Of a stretch of 64,000 bases of DNA, positions 1 through 10,118 are shown piece by piece; position 1 is the stretch's first letter, and each line of letters starts with the position of its first letter. The notes below the pieces were generated by a model. That model searched no databases and had not been told where the DNA came from. It was given only the letters and a program-made list of their open reading frames with translations. Source of the DNA: Candidatus Latescibacterota bacterium (GTDB lineage: Bacteria > Latescibacterota > UBA2968 > GCA-2709665). The DNA is taken from NCBI GenBank assembly GCA_965203805.1, contig OZ241917.1:1760001-1824000 (forward strand), written 5' to 3'. Position numbers and translations under genes: made by a program.

Positions 1-864
1 GTTGTTCCTCCCTTTCGTGCGGACCACGCGAACGCCCTCTTCCATAAAGGCCGTTCGGATGTCCAGTGCCGCCTCGCTATCCACTTCTTCAGGTGGAAGG
101 AGTTGAATCCAGACCCCGCGCTTTCGCCTATTGCGACTTTCGTTGTCCGACCAGGCCCACCGGACACCATTGTCGGCGAGGAGAAAGTCTTGATCAGGCA
201 ATTTCCCCACCGTCAGGATGGGTTGACCGTCCCAGGGAATCTCCTCCCTGCCGACGCGGAGGCACCGGACGCCTTCACGAGTATCGGCCACACGATGGGG
301 GAACTCGGCGCCATGCTCGTCTTCAAGGACAACAGGGTTACACCCTTCAATGACCAGGAAAATGCGATCGGCTTCTTCCCGGCGTTGGTACAAGTGTACG
401 GCTGTGCCGTCGCGACGCCGTGCGACCAACTTAGCTGGCCAGACCGGATCTGAGGGCGTCAAAGTGCAGGAATTGCCCGCCCAGAAGACCTGATCGGCAG
501 GATTGACCTCACTATCCAATACGAGGAGCAACCCGCTGGGGATTCGCTCGACGCGCAGAGGATCCATCGGCCGGTATTGGTCTCCGACGAACAACGGCAT
601 GTCCGGCACGTCGTCCGACCAGCCTTCAAGGCGATACCAGAAGCCCTCTCCCTGCATAATCAGGAGCGAGTCCATCGGTTCGAGTCGAAGTCGGTACTCC
701 CGTGGGACAGGCTCCCAACGCACCGACCTCGACTCGCGCTTCCTGGCGGCGTTAAGCGCAGATTTCAGGTACGCGGTGTAGGGCCACAGGCTTCCATTTG
801 CCTGGTCTGCCACAGCACGAGCCCGCTTCGGACCAACGCAGGCGGTAAAGTAGAGCGGCTTCAT
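1..864 (-). CDS. Hypothetical protein, 5' part (runs off the left edge; absent from the ORF track)
   Basis: ATG at 864 preceded by GGAGAAGA; 288 stop-free codons to position 1 (MKPLYFTACVGPKRARAVAD...GVWIQLLPPEEVDSEAALDIRTAF...). Confidence 0.7.
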   Translation of the reverse strand, partial: MKPLYFTACVGPKRARAVADQANGSLWPYTAYLKSALNAARKRESRSVRWEPVPREYRLRLEPMDSLLIMQGEGFWYRLEGWSDDVPDMPLFVGDQYRPMDPLRVERIPSGLLLVLDSEVNPADQVFWAGNSCTLTPSDPVWPAKLVARRRDGTAVHLYQRREEADRIFLVIEGCNPVVLEDEHGAEFPHRVADTREGVRCLRVGREEIPWDGQPILTVGKLPDQDFLLADNGVRWAWSDNESRNRRKRGVWIQLLPPEEVDSEAALDIRTAFMEEGVRVVRTKGRNN

Positions 865-1370
865 TCTTCTCCGTCTTCCAAAGGGCCTACTTTCATCCCA
901 TTAAAGAGCGATTAAGGGATAATCCCGTGTGTCCTGAACAAGGCAAGGATCCACTGTGGCAAGTCCCGCCGATTGGAAAGGGGAGACACCCGCGCTCCGA
1001 GGCGTCGCAAAACACGGCGGAGGACCCCGAACCTGCGTCTAATCTCCGGCGTTAGAATACAATCGCCTTAACTGATCGAGCGATTTGCCAAATGCATCCA
1101 GAGTGGATGCCTGTACCGCGGAGCCCAACAATCCCTTGAATGTCTCCGCGATGCCTGAACAGCACAACTCCAGGCAGCCATGGTGGCATCGACACTGGAC
1201 CTGCTCGAAATCGTGCCTGAACTTGAACGAAGCGAAGGGGACGGCCGGTTGGACATCATCTCGGCGTGTCGATATGGCGGACGAGAATACCGGACCGCGC
1301 CGGAATGCCGTCGAACGGTTAAAAACTGCCGAGAGCGGCGCGTGTTACCGACCCGGCAATCGGAGTTGCC

Positions 1371-3275
1371 TTACAGGCCCGGCACCCGAAAGCTCCAGAC
1401 TTCGGAACTGTGGGTGAAAAAGAGCCGGCCCTCGTGGATCACGATCCCCGCGTTCGCATTTACGGGGGGACTACCCAGCGGTTTGTGTTCGAACGTACCC
1501 GGCTCGATACGAACGATTGATCTGCGGAACAGCGCGTAGATCCTGTCGTCAGGGCCCATCGACAGGATCCTGGGGGCCTGCTGTCCCGCCATAGCGCCAT
1601 AAGGCAGTTTCTTCTCGAAGTGGACGATCTCCCGAGATTCGGGATCGAACACGAAAAACGCGGATCCCGAGGCCAGCCCGTAGATCAGGCCGTCCGGCCC
1701 CAGGATCACGTCGGTGATTTGCGCGGCGCCAGGCACAACCGCTTCGCGATACAGTACTCGTTTTTCTTCCAGATCCAGAACATAGAGTTCCGCCTGATTC
1801 GCGTGCGCCTCCCCTCCCGTGCCGGGGCTGATCGTGGTGCCCGCGACGATTTTCCCGTCGGGCAACGCCGTGAGCGAGACCGTGCTGTGTTCGGGAAGCA
1901 GATCCTCGTGTGTCAGCAGTTCGTGGCTCTCCGTTTCAGTATCCCAGATCAGCATCCCCCCGCCCGTCAGTCCGTACCCGGGCGTTCCCGTCATCACAAG
2001 CCGCCGTCCGTCCGGATGCGCCAGCAACGCGTGCGGCCGGATAATCGTGGGACTTACGGATATCAGGTCCCGTGGATTCGGATCCACCGTCCCCCGATCG
2101 TCCCACGGCCGGGACGGATCGTATTCCCATAGCCTGCCGCCCGCATACTCCCCGCAATAGACCTTATCACCCTGAACGGCCAGCGCGTTCAGGTGTCCGA
2201 CAAGGTCCCATAGACCGCGGTGGACGAACGTGTCCGCCTGCGTATCGTATGTATAGAACCGGAGCGGATGTCCGGTGGATCCGTGGATCCTGCCGTCCGG
2301 ACCTTCCGCGATCGAGAGGATAGGCGAACCCGCGGATTCGTAGCCGATGTTCATCCGACGGACGTCACCCTCATGTCGGATCGCGATGAATTTCTCGGGC
2401 AGGTTGATCTCATCCAGCGACCAGCCTTCCGGCAAATTATCCAGGACCGCCTCCTGTTCGCCGGCCAGAATCGGTCTCTCGGGTGCGGGAGCGTCCACCG
2501 GCGTCACCGCGCCTTCGAGCATCGCCCACCACGGACCGGTGTCGAACGTCCTCCCGTACACCTTGCCGTCCACGCCCCGGTAAACGGTCGAAGCGCCGTG
2601 CCGACGGTCGGAATCGGGAATCAGCGCGACACGTTCGCCTGTTGCCGGATTGAATGAAACGATCTGCCCGCGCGTGGAACCTATGCCCACGTAGACCCAC
2701 CCGGAACTGTCCACCGCGATCGTCCTCGGGTACTGCGGCCAACTCTCATCGTTCAGCGGGCCGTGGTTCTCCAGTTTTCCGCTGTCCGGAACATGACTCA
2801 GCAACTCGCAGTTGGGATACGCGGACGTCCAGACCCTGCCGTGATCGTCTTCTGTAAACGACATCGCGAAGTTCGGCGGCGCATCCGACCAGAAGGTGAA
2901 ACGACGGGTGTTCGCATCGAACTCCACGAATTTATCGAAATAGGAATAGAACCGGTTCCGCGTGGACAGCAGCACCGCGAAGGGCGTGGAGGCCATCCCG
3001 AACGGCGTCGGAATCTGATCCGTCTCGCCCGATTGGGCATCGATCACGAGAATCGAACCGCAGCCACGATGGTCCATCGGCCAGGCCAGAACGATCGGCC
3101 GCCCGTCTTCGTCCACGGTTGCCGCCACCCCTCTCGCGCGTGATACGGGCGCCGCCACGCCATGCCGCGCGAATCCGTCGCCGAAATCGCGGGTCCCCGC
3201 GCCTGCCGGGCGCCTGAATGCCAGCAAGAGGGCCATCAACAACGTCGCAATTGCCAGGAATGCAGCTAGGCTCAT
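1371..3275 (-). CDS. Beta-propeller repeat protein with N-terminal hydrophobic segment
   Basis: Long ORF; GGAGG RBS before MSLAAFLAIA; repeated GPDGxIY / xDPxTG blade motifs. Confidence 0.75.
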   Translation of the reverse strand: MSLAAFLAIATLLMALLLAFRRPAGAGTRDFGDGFARHGVAAPVSRARGVAATVDEDGRPIVLAWPMDHRGCGSILVIDAQSGETDQIPTPFGMASTPFAVLLSTRNRFYSYFDKFVEFDANTRRFTFWSDAPPNFAMSFTEDDHGRVWTSAYPNCELLSHVPDSGKLENHGPLNDESWPQYPRTIAVDSSGWVYVGIGSTRGQIVSFNPATGERVALIPDSDRRHGASTVYRGVDGKVYGRTFDTGPWWAMLEGAVTPVDAPAPERPILAGEQEAVLDNLPEGWSLDEINLPEKFIAIRHEGDVRRMNIGYESAGSPILSIAEGPDGRIHGSTGHPLRFYTYDTQADTFVHRGLWDLVGHLNALAVQGDKVYCGEYAGGRLWEYDPSRPWDDRGTVDPNPRDLISVSPTIIRPHALLAHPDGRRLVMTGTPGYGLTGGGMLIWDTETESHELLTHEDLLPEHSTVSLTALPDGKIVAGTTISPGTGGEAHANQAELYVLDLEEKRVLYREAVVPGAAQITDVILGPDGLIYGLASGSAFFVFDPESREIVHFEKKLPYGAMAGQQAPRILSMGPDDRIYALFRRSIVRIEPGTFEHKPLGSPPVNANAGIVIHEGRLFFTHSSEVWSFRVPGL

Positions 3276-3413
3276 GTCTGGAATTCCTCCTGGATCAATG
3301 TACTGCAAACCGCCGGATTCACGGCTGCCAATATGCCGGGCTGGGCCGTGAAAGTCAAGCGGATGCGTTTTACGCCGGCAATCCCGGCAGCCGGTTTCCC
3401 CGTCGCCGAATAT

Positions 3414-3442
3414 AAAAAGCCGATCTGCAATCAGATCGGCTT
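3414..3442 (-). terminator. Rho-independent terminator after the GNAT gene
   Basis: Perfect 11-bp stem AAGCCGATCTG/CAGATCGGCTT, 4-nt loop, T-run on the minus strand. Confidence 0.75.
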
Positions 3443-3496
3443 AATGTAAGCGCCTTTGTCGTCACATGTCGAATCCGATCGAAAACCTCCGTTTGA

Positions 3497-4072
3497 CTAC
3501 AGATCCTTGTACCAGGTCAATTCCACTTCGTCGAGACCCTCGGTTCGGTAGGCGTAGAGATGAACTTTGCCAAGGCTGGCGCCCATGCGTTCGTAGAAGC
3601 GGCAGGCCGCGACGTTGATGTTCTGGGTTTCGATCTTGAGTTGAGTGCATCCACGATTCCTGGCACAGATCTCGGCTTGTTGGAATAGCGCCTTGCCTAC
3701 ACCCCGTTCCCGATACTCCGGACTGACGCGAATGTCCCAAAGACCAGCCAGGTCTTGCCGCCCTTCACAGTAGTCCAAGCCGTCAACGTGAAACGCGACG
3801 ATCGCCCCGCCGATTCGCTCTTCCTCCCGGAATGCGCCCAGAGAGACCCATTTCGACAGGTCCCACGATCTGCGAGCCCATCGTTCGGGGCCTTCCAGCC
3901 CGTCGTAGTCCTTGACGTACGGCGGATCCACCTTCTCTTCAATGAGCCGGATACCGCCGAGGCCGTTGGCCAGATGTTCGACGCGGAAACGGCACTTCAC
4001 TTCAAACGCAATGGGTACGTCGCCGTATTCGGGCAGGACATCGGCGCACTGCTCAACAATGCGGAAATCCAA
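3497..4072 (-). CDS. GNAT family N-acetyltransferase (streptothricin acetyltransferase-like)
   Basis: LWDIRVSPEYRERGVGKAL acetyl-CoA motif; IETQNINVAACRFYERMG. Confidence 0.85.
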   Translation of the reverse strand: MDFRIVEQCADVLPEYGDVPIAFEVKCRFRVEHLANGLGGIRLIEEKVDPPYVKDYDGLEGPERWARRSWDLSKWVSLGAFREEERIGGAIVAFHVDGLDYCEGRQDLAGLWDIRVSPEYRERGVGKALFQQAEICARNRGCTQLKIETQNINVAACRFYERMGASLGKVHLYAYRTEGLDEVELTWYKDL

Positions 4073-4117
4073 CGTTTTTTCGACCTCCTGGCATTCATTC
4101 TGCGGTGCTGCGTTCGC

Positions 4118-4408
4118 TCAATCGGATGCCTTGACAAGTGGCTCGATGGAACTGACGTCGGTCGTGGCACGGGCTACGTCAAGGTCGTACATTCGCTGCA
4201 GATTCAGCCAGAAGTCGGGGGTCATTCCCAATGCCTTTCCCATTCGCAGCGCTGTATCCGCCGTGATGGACCTGCGGCCGTGGACGATATCGTGAATGCG
4301 TATTTGCGGCACGCCCATCGTCTTGGCCAAGCGGTACTGTGTGATGCCGAGTTCCTCCACGATCTCCGCCAAATGTTCTCCCGGGTGTATCGGTTCAGGG
4401 GCTGTCAT
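4118..4408 (-). CDS. higA: HigA-family addiction module antitoxin (HTH)
   Basis: PIHPGEHL...TQYRLAK...GRRSITADTALRMGKALGMTPDFWLNLQRMYDL; AGGAGG RBS before ATG 4408. Confidence 0.9.
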   Translation of the reverse strand: MTAPEPIHPGEHLAEIVEELGITQYRLAKTMGVPQIRIHDIVHGRRSITADTALRMGKALGMTPDFWLNLQRMYDLDVARATTDVSSIEPLVKASD

Positions 4409-4559
4409 AAGCAACCTCCTCAGTGGCAGTCCGTCACTTCGAATCGAACTCCAAACCACCTACGACAACCTCTGCACTAAATTCATGATTTTTAATGGCT
4501 TATATATTTAACTTGGGGGATTATATACAATAGTGACCGCTCGTTGAATTCGGCATTCG

Positions 4560-4928
4560 TCATGAATCCCCATACATTTTCTTATATTCTTTAATAAGAT
4601 ACACTGCCTTGTCTTTTGCCCGTTGCTCAACGACGGCTGGCGATTCTTCATACATTGACAGACACCGGTATTGATATCGCCTCAAGAAAGACATTGACGA
4701 AATATCGAAATAATGTGTGTGATATGTGACGGAAAATTGAAATTCAATTTTCCAATGAACGGCGGCCCAATCCACTGCATCCATATGACGCGAAATCCTT
4801 CTATGCCGCATCGGGTGAACGTCAGCCTCCCCTTTTGTGAGGTCACGTAAGCGAATCAACATTTCATCATAACTGCGAATGTGAGACGGTGTATGTTGGC
4901 TGTTGTCAGTCATAACAACCGCCTGCAA
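4560..4928 (-). CDS. Hypothetical protein (island)
   Basis: 122-aa ORF in AT-rich DNA; no recognised motif. Confidence 0.45.
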   Translation of the reverse strand: MQAVVMTDNSQHTPSHIRSYDEMLIRLRDLTKGEADVHPMRHRRISRHMDAVDWAAVHWKIEFQFSVTYHTHYFDISSMSFLRRYQYRCLSMYEESPAVVEQRAKDKAVYLIKEYKKMYGDS

Positions 4929-5044
4929 ACAGATAAATTATGGGCCAGTTGTTAAAGGGCATGATGAATATTTCTCCAATAACGCCGTAAACACAAAAAG
5001 CCAAAACAATACCTTGAGTGTAGACCGTGAACGCCGCTTGAAAG

Positions 5045-5341
5045 TTACTCCGGGTGTTCTCGAAGATAAACACGAACAGATTCGGCAAGGGTTTTTGAGA
5101 ATTTTTCCAAAGCCTTACGGTGATGATCCACATGCCAATGTCGGCCAGCAAGCATTGGAACTAGTCCTTGATATCTCTCATTAAACATGCGGACACGTTC
5201 ATTTGGATGCCATTCATTAGTCAAAGATACTGCCTCAACTATTGCAGAAGTCGCAACATACACAGGATCGGGAAGGTTTTCTTGTGCAGGCATAATAGGT
5301 CGGTCTCCCTGAAAAGATGATAATGGTATATAGGCTGACAA
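5045..5341 (-). CDS. Hypothetical protein, possibly a fragment
   Basis: 98-aa ORF; no recognised motif. Confidence 0.35.
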   Translation of the reverse strand: MSAYIPLSSFQGDRPIMPAQENLPDPVYVATSAIVEAVSLTNEWHPNERVRMFNERYQGLVPMLAGRHWHVDHHRKALEKFSKTLAESVRVYLREHPE

Positions 5342-5343
5342 TA

Positions 5344-5489
5344 AAGATGAGCGTAAAGCACCTGCCGCGTTACGTTGCCGAATTCAAGGGCAGACATAAC
5401 GTCAGGCCATTGGACACGATAGACCAAATGGGGAAGATAGTCGCGGGGATGATTGGACACGGCTGAGGTTTGAGGATTTGACGGCATAA
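5344..5489 (+). pseudogene. IS1595-family transposase C-terminal remnant
   Basis: Translates KMSVKHLPRYVAEFKGRHNVRPLDTIDQMGKIVAGMIG, then after a frameshift RLRFEDLTA*; matches the IS1595 KHLxRYxxEFxxRxN signature. Confidence 0.8.
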
Positions 5490-5513
5490 CGCCGGAAGAA
5501 TGAGGGGGTGCTT

Positions 5514-5990
5514 TTAATCGGAATTGGTGTTTACCAACGATTTGAGTTCGTCTAAGAATGTACGGTTTGGTTTGATCTTTTTGATATACCCGGTAGAAGT
5601 GACTACATGCAAACGCATGGTTTTTAGTAGTTTGGGAGTTATTTGTAAATTCTCCACCACTGTTGTCTTTAAGTTATCATATTCGTGACCTGTCCATACT
5701 GAATGACGCGTTTCCCCATGAACGATCGCGTTCATAAGGCTTGTTTTAAAAAGAACAACGCTTTTGCCATTTCCACGCACATGTAACGCAGGCACACTGC
5801 CTATCGTTACGGGCTTTTCACTCAAGTTTGTTATGCTTATTGTAAAACCCTCACCCTGGTCTGTCACTACGGAACCGGCGAAAATTTTTAACTTTATTCG
5901 TCTTTCATCCCACCTTGACCACACGGTAAATAAGGCAACGGTTATAGCCACAATTAAACTAAGCCCACTAATGACTTCGGTATACGACAT
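5514..5990 (-). CDS. Hypothetical membrane-anchored protein (probable IS passenger)
   Basis: 158 aa with an N-terminal TM helix; convergent with the transposase remnant. Confidence 0.65.
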   Translation of the reverse strand: MSYTEVISGLSLIVAITVALFTVWSRWDERRIKLKIFAGSVVTDQGEGFTISITNLSEKPVTIGSVPALHVRGNGKSVVLFKTSLMNAIVHGETRHSVWTGHEYDNLKTTVVENLQITPKLLKTMRLHVVTSTGYIKKIKPNRTFLDELKSLVNTNSD

Positions 5991-6890
5991 TGAGAAATAC
6001 CTTTGTTTTTTTACTTAACTTATGTAAACACATATATTTAAGAACGCGGAAGTTATTGGGGTTGGAATAGAACCCCGCTAACCTACCCCCAACAGTGCTA
6101 TTCCACCGTTGGAAGGCTAACCACCGTGAACGTCATTGAACACGGCGGAACCGCGTCCCTTATGCCCAGGGGCATCCCTGGGCATTACCTTTTTCGGAAA
6201 GATAAGGGCACTATGGATAAAAGACGACAAAAACGCGTGCTATTTTACACAAGGAGACAGCCACGAAACTTTAGTGACAGTTCGGGGGGCCGGATAGCTA
6301 AAACACATTGGGCTAAACTCATCTGGTTATTTCATGTCCGGGCCGTCGTAAAACCACCGGCGAGAGGCCCGACGCCGACGCCAGCCTTCACGTCGTAACG
6401 CTATCCTGAAAATATCTCTTCCGCCGACTATTGAACATGGCGCGCCAGCCCCCCAAGTGCTTTGACATGATTAGCGTGATATCTGAAAGTGTAGGGACCG
6501 TTCTTTTCAATTTCTGCGGTCATTAGCCTTGATGTGAAAAAACCACAACGCGGCACTGCGACGTAACCTTCCGAAACGGGGCGTAAAGGTCGTCCGGAAG
6601 GACATTTTTTCCGTTCACGTCCAGTGACCTGAAGGTTCCTGGAAATCCGACGTCTAATCGCCTTTATCTACTTGCATATTCTCGAATTCACGTCCCCGAA
6701 AAATGACGGATCAAGATCAGCTTTTCACTTGCTTCCCGAACTTTTTCTGAAGTTCGATTACTTTGGTTTCGTCCATTTCGGGCCTATTGATGTTTGAATA
6801 CGGGTGGTTACTCTGTGTGAAAGGAACCAGGGTGTTGACTTTTGGTAAGTGGTTTGTTATCTTATGTTTATAAACAGAAAGTACGGTAGA

Positions 6891-7157
6891 CTATGCCCCC
6901 TGTTCAGGAACAAAGCAATCAAACTGAACGTCAAGCCAATAAAGAAAAGCGTCCAGAGTTTCACGTTCCTGCTTGGATAGACCCTGAAACACTTGGGCAA
7001 GTAGTTCCGTTTGTGATTGGGGATTGCCTTGTTTGTCGTCAAATGCGTATGTCACAGTCACCGCCCGACCCTGATCATATCGAAAAATAACTGACTTGGG
7101 TGTTACTCCGTTTAATACCCTAAGTTTAGGGATGCGTTTTTCCTCATTTTCCATCAC
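6891..7157 (-). CDS. Hypothetical protein
   Basis: 88-aa ORF with GAGGGG RBS, 20 bp downstream of the peptidase ORF. Confidence 0.45.
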   Translation of the reverse strand: MMENEEKRIPKLRVLNGVTPKSVIFRYDQGRAVTVTYAFDDKQGNPQSQTELLAQVFQGLSKQERETLDAFLYWLDVQFDCFVPEQGA

Positions 7158-7177
7158 AAGCCCCCTCTTAAAAAGGT

Positions 7178-8317
7178 TTACCCACTAACGTCCGTTCCCA
7201 GTCGTTCCGCGATCTGCCAAACGTAATTACTCCAACTTGCTGGAGTCCGAAAGTACCAACCTCGCACATAATCCTCAAACGGCTGATCCGCTTCCCATGA
7301 CACTGGGCCGTAAGGTGTCACATACCGAACAATATTCCAGGGCATCAGATCTTCACCAAATGGCCATATGTCTGGGTTTCCCTCGAAAATTTCACTGATC
7401 TGATAGGCAACGGTAAATTTCATCGTCCCGCCAATATCTCCGTACGGTTCCCGCTCCATTTCTGGTGTGTGACGCTGAACCGTGGCGACAAAGCGATCAT
7501 ATTCGGCGGGCGGCGCATCCGGAAAGATTTCGTCCATGTACGGCCCAATTTGCCCCTGCATTATCTTGCCCAAGCCCTTGTCGAAATCCCACAATGGTCG
7601 GTCTTGGTCACTGTTCAACTGTTCCCGTAACCGCCTCAAGACAAAATAGGCTGCTGTCGTTGCCATGCATTCCTCTATACACGTGTGCGATCCTGTTCGC
7701 GTCTGCCAATGTTCGGCAAGGATATGCAGGTATTCATGGGCGAAGTAGTGAACGGTTTGAATGTGGTTGCCGGTTAGATTCATTAGAATGACATGGTTGC
7801 CGCCGTTTTGCCGTTCAAACTTCAGGCCCGTCTGTCTGTTGTGATGTCGTACCGTAATATTTGAGGCAATAGGCGCGGCGAAATAGTTATTGAACAGGTC
7901 ACGTGTTCGGCCCATAACCGCGCTTAGCGTTCTTGTGTCATATATCCACCTGCTATCGTACGACTGCTCAACGCCAATAGACGCTATGGCATTGACGGAA
8001 CCAAGAAAGGGATACGGTATCCCTGACAAACACCTGTTCGGCAACCGTCACCGTATCCTGAATGGTTACCGTATCGCGGACGGTCAGCGTCTTCTCAACA
8101 ATAACGGTATCCGGCCCGGCGTTCGGATCGAACGTACCCCGTCCGTCTTGCCGAAGTTCTGTGACATCAGAACAAAGTCCGCGAAATTCACCTGGTCGTC
8201 ACCGTTCAGATCGCCCGTCAAGCGTTCTGAGGCGAACAGAGGCGCGATCGCAAACAGAACCTATACCAGAACGAAACAAGCCAAGGGGGGCGAGCTCGTG
8301 TCGTTCGACTTGACCAT
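7178..8317 (-). pseudogene. Decayed secreted protein: signal-like segment + dockerin/EF-hand motif + DTVTV-rich linker + HExxH Zn-metallopeptidase domain
   Basis: GDLNGDDQVNFADFVLMSQNFG (~8150-8215); in-frame TAG at 8261-8263; frameshifts near 8138 and 8010; HEYLH...EECMA in ORF 7178..8044. Confidence 0.7.
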
Positions 8318-8486
8318 CAAGGAAGAGTGATTCGACCGTCAAATTGGCTCACTCGTTCATTTCGACCAATTTCGTCGTGGTTTTGCATTGCGAAGCCGCG
8401 ATAGAAAGAAAAGATGTTGTTTTTTGACTGAAACCGATTAAACTGAACAAAAACAACCTACATCGAGTTTCAGTGAGCAAAACCCA

Positions 8487-9080
8487 ATGCGCATCGTAAA
8501 GATCGAATATCTTGTCTGTGAAGGTCGTTTCGCGAAGTCGAACCAATGGAATCGTATTCTTCAGGAAATTGAAAAAGCAATTGGAGATGTCGTATGGCCG
8601 CCCGGCAACACATCCTTCATAATTCACCCCTCAAAGGGTCGCGGTCGAGGAGAGGGAAATGGCGTCAAGCCAATTAAGGATGCCTGTATGCTGTCCCTGC
8701 AGGAATCTGGGTGGGATACCAACGACCGAAAAAATCCGTTGCGACTTGACGCGGTAAAGCCGTTGCCTGATGGACGGATATTTGGCCTTGAATGGGAAAC
8801 CGGGAACATCTCATCAAGCCATCGGGCCATAAACCGCATCCTACTCGGTCACATGCACTATGATCTGATTGGAGGTGTATTGGTTGTACCCAGCAAGAAT
8901 CTCTACCAGTATTTGACTGACCGAGTTGGAAACTATCCGGAGTTGGAACCGTATTTTGACGTTTGGAGCACCTACCCGCTTGACGAAGGTATTTTGGCCA
9001 TTATCGTTGTAGAACAAGATGGTACCAGTAGTCGTGTTCCCCGCATCAAAAAAGGAACGGACGGAAGAGCGATGATCTGA
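8487..9080 (+). CDS. Type II restriction endonuclease, BamHI family
   Basis: GNGVKPIK, EWETGNISSSHRAINR, YLTDRVGNYPELEPYF and VPRIKKGTDG parallel R.BamHI motifs. Confidence 0.88.
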   Translation: MRIVKIEYLVCEGRFAKSNQWNRILQEIEKAIGDVVWPPGNTSFIIHPSKGRGRGEGNGVKPIKDACMLSLQESGWDTNDRKNPLRLDAVKPLPDGRIFGLEWETGNISSSHRAINRILLGHMHYDLIGGVLVVPSKNLYQYLTDRVGNYPELEPYFDVWSTYPLDEGILAIIVVEQDGTSSRVPRIKKGTDGRAMI

Positions 9081-9097
9081 ATGTTCAATCCTCAGAC

Positions 9098-10108
9098 TTA
9101 CCCATCACTCGGAGGTAACGCCAACTCCTGCTGTGATCTCGCCTTCGACCGTTTCTTGCCGCCATTGCCATTGCCTCGAGCAGACTCCCACCCCACATCC
9201 TCACCTTTGTGGAAATCCACCAGGCGCTGAATTATCGGCGTAACGTCACCCAGTTCAATTCCGATCCACCTCCGTCCCAATTTCTCTGCAGCATAATATG
9301 TCGTACCGGATCCGCCGAAAGGGTCCAATACGATCTCATCGCTATTTGTAGACATCGCAATGACGCGCTCAAGCATAATAGGTGCAAGTTCGTTTCGCTT
9401 TAGTTTTCTCACTTTGTATTTACCGTGCCGAACTGGTGGAATGTCGTCCCAGATCTCGTCGGCCTCCGTCCAGCCGTTAACGATAGGTTGGTCAACATCC
9501 TCCCAAACTTCCTCGGGTGCGTCAAATACATCCATCAGATTGATCCCTTTGGGATTCAACCGTTTTCGATGTCCGCCGTAGTCTCTTATTTCTCCACCAC
9601 AATGACGGCAGACCTGGATTGGAACGTAGACTTTGTTAAATGTCCGTGGCTCCCCTTTGCAATAGTAGACCATGCCGTAGTGCGCGGGCGCCATCTTCTT
9701 CCCACGGGGATAGGCTTTGGGCATACGGCAGGCAATCCAATGCCGGAAATTCATCCTGTTGTTGTTTAGAAAACTGCCATAGGGGATTAACCACTTTGGC
9801 AGGTTAAAGACAAACAATGCCCCTCCCGGTACAAGAACTCGAATGCATTCAGCCAGCCAGGCATTCGACCACTCCAGGTACTCCTCTTCCTTCATTTGAT
9901 CGGTAATGTTCTTCCCATAACTCTTACCGAGATTAAACGGTGGATCGGCGAAAACGGTGTGGACACTTTCGTCTGGAAGACCCTTGAGCCACGGGAGACA
10001 GTCTCCCTGGTACAAATGTCCGAAATCTGTATGGAAAACGCGTCGTTGGCCACGTTTTTCTAGTGCATTAACACAAGTGTCTATAATCGACTCAGTTTGA
10101 GTTCTCAT
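9098..10108 (-). CDS. Beta-class amino DNA methyltransferase (M.BamHI-like, probably N4-cytosine)
   Basis: Catalytic DPPF precedes SAM-binding DPFGGSGTT; DIPPVRHGKYK; adjacent to the endonuclease. Confidence 0.9.
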   Translation of the reverse strand: MRTQTESIIDTCVNALEKRGQRRVFHTDFGHLYQGDCLPWLKGLPDESVHTVFADPPFNLGKSYGKNITDQMKEEEYLEWSNAWLAECIRVLVPGGALFVFNLPKWLIPYGSFLNNNRMNFRHWIACRMPKAYPRGKKMAPAHYGMVYYCKGEPRTFNKVYVPIQVCRHCGGEIRDYGGHRKRLNPKGINLMDVFDAPEEVWEDVDQPIVNGWTEADEIWDDIPPVRHGKYKVRKLKRNELAPIMLERVIAMSTNSDEIVLDPFGGSGTTYYAAEKLGRRWIGIELGDVTPIIQRLVDFHKGEDVGWESARGNGNGGKKRSKARSQQELALPPSDG

Positions 10109-10118
10109 AGTGAATCAC

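Noticed and set aside
4502-6041. 10-bp direct repeat ATATATTTAA (4502 and 6032) as a target-site duplication
   Set aside because: Not flush with the putative IS end at 4516, no matching opposite TIR seen, and low complexity in AT-rich DNA
6717-6776. MDETKVIELQKKFGKQVKS* on the minus strand as an XRE/C-protein remnant
   Set aside because: Too short, and no HTH continues in the frame examined
8261-8263. Pyrrolysine/recoded TAG readthrough
   Set aside because: The same gene has two frameshifts and TAG acts as a normal stop in core genes such as gcvH; decay is the simpler explanation
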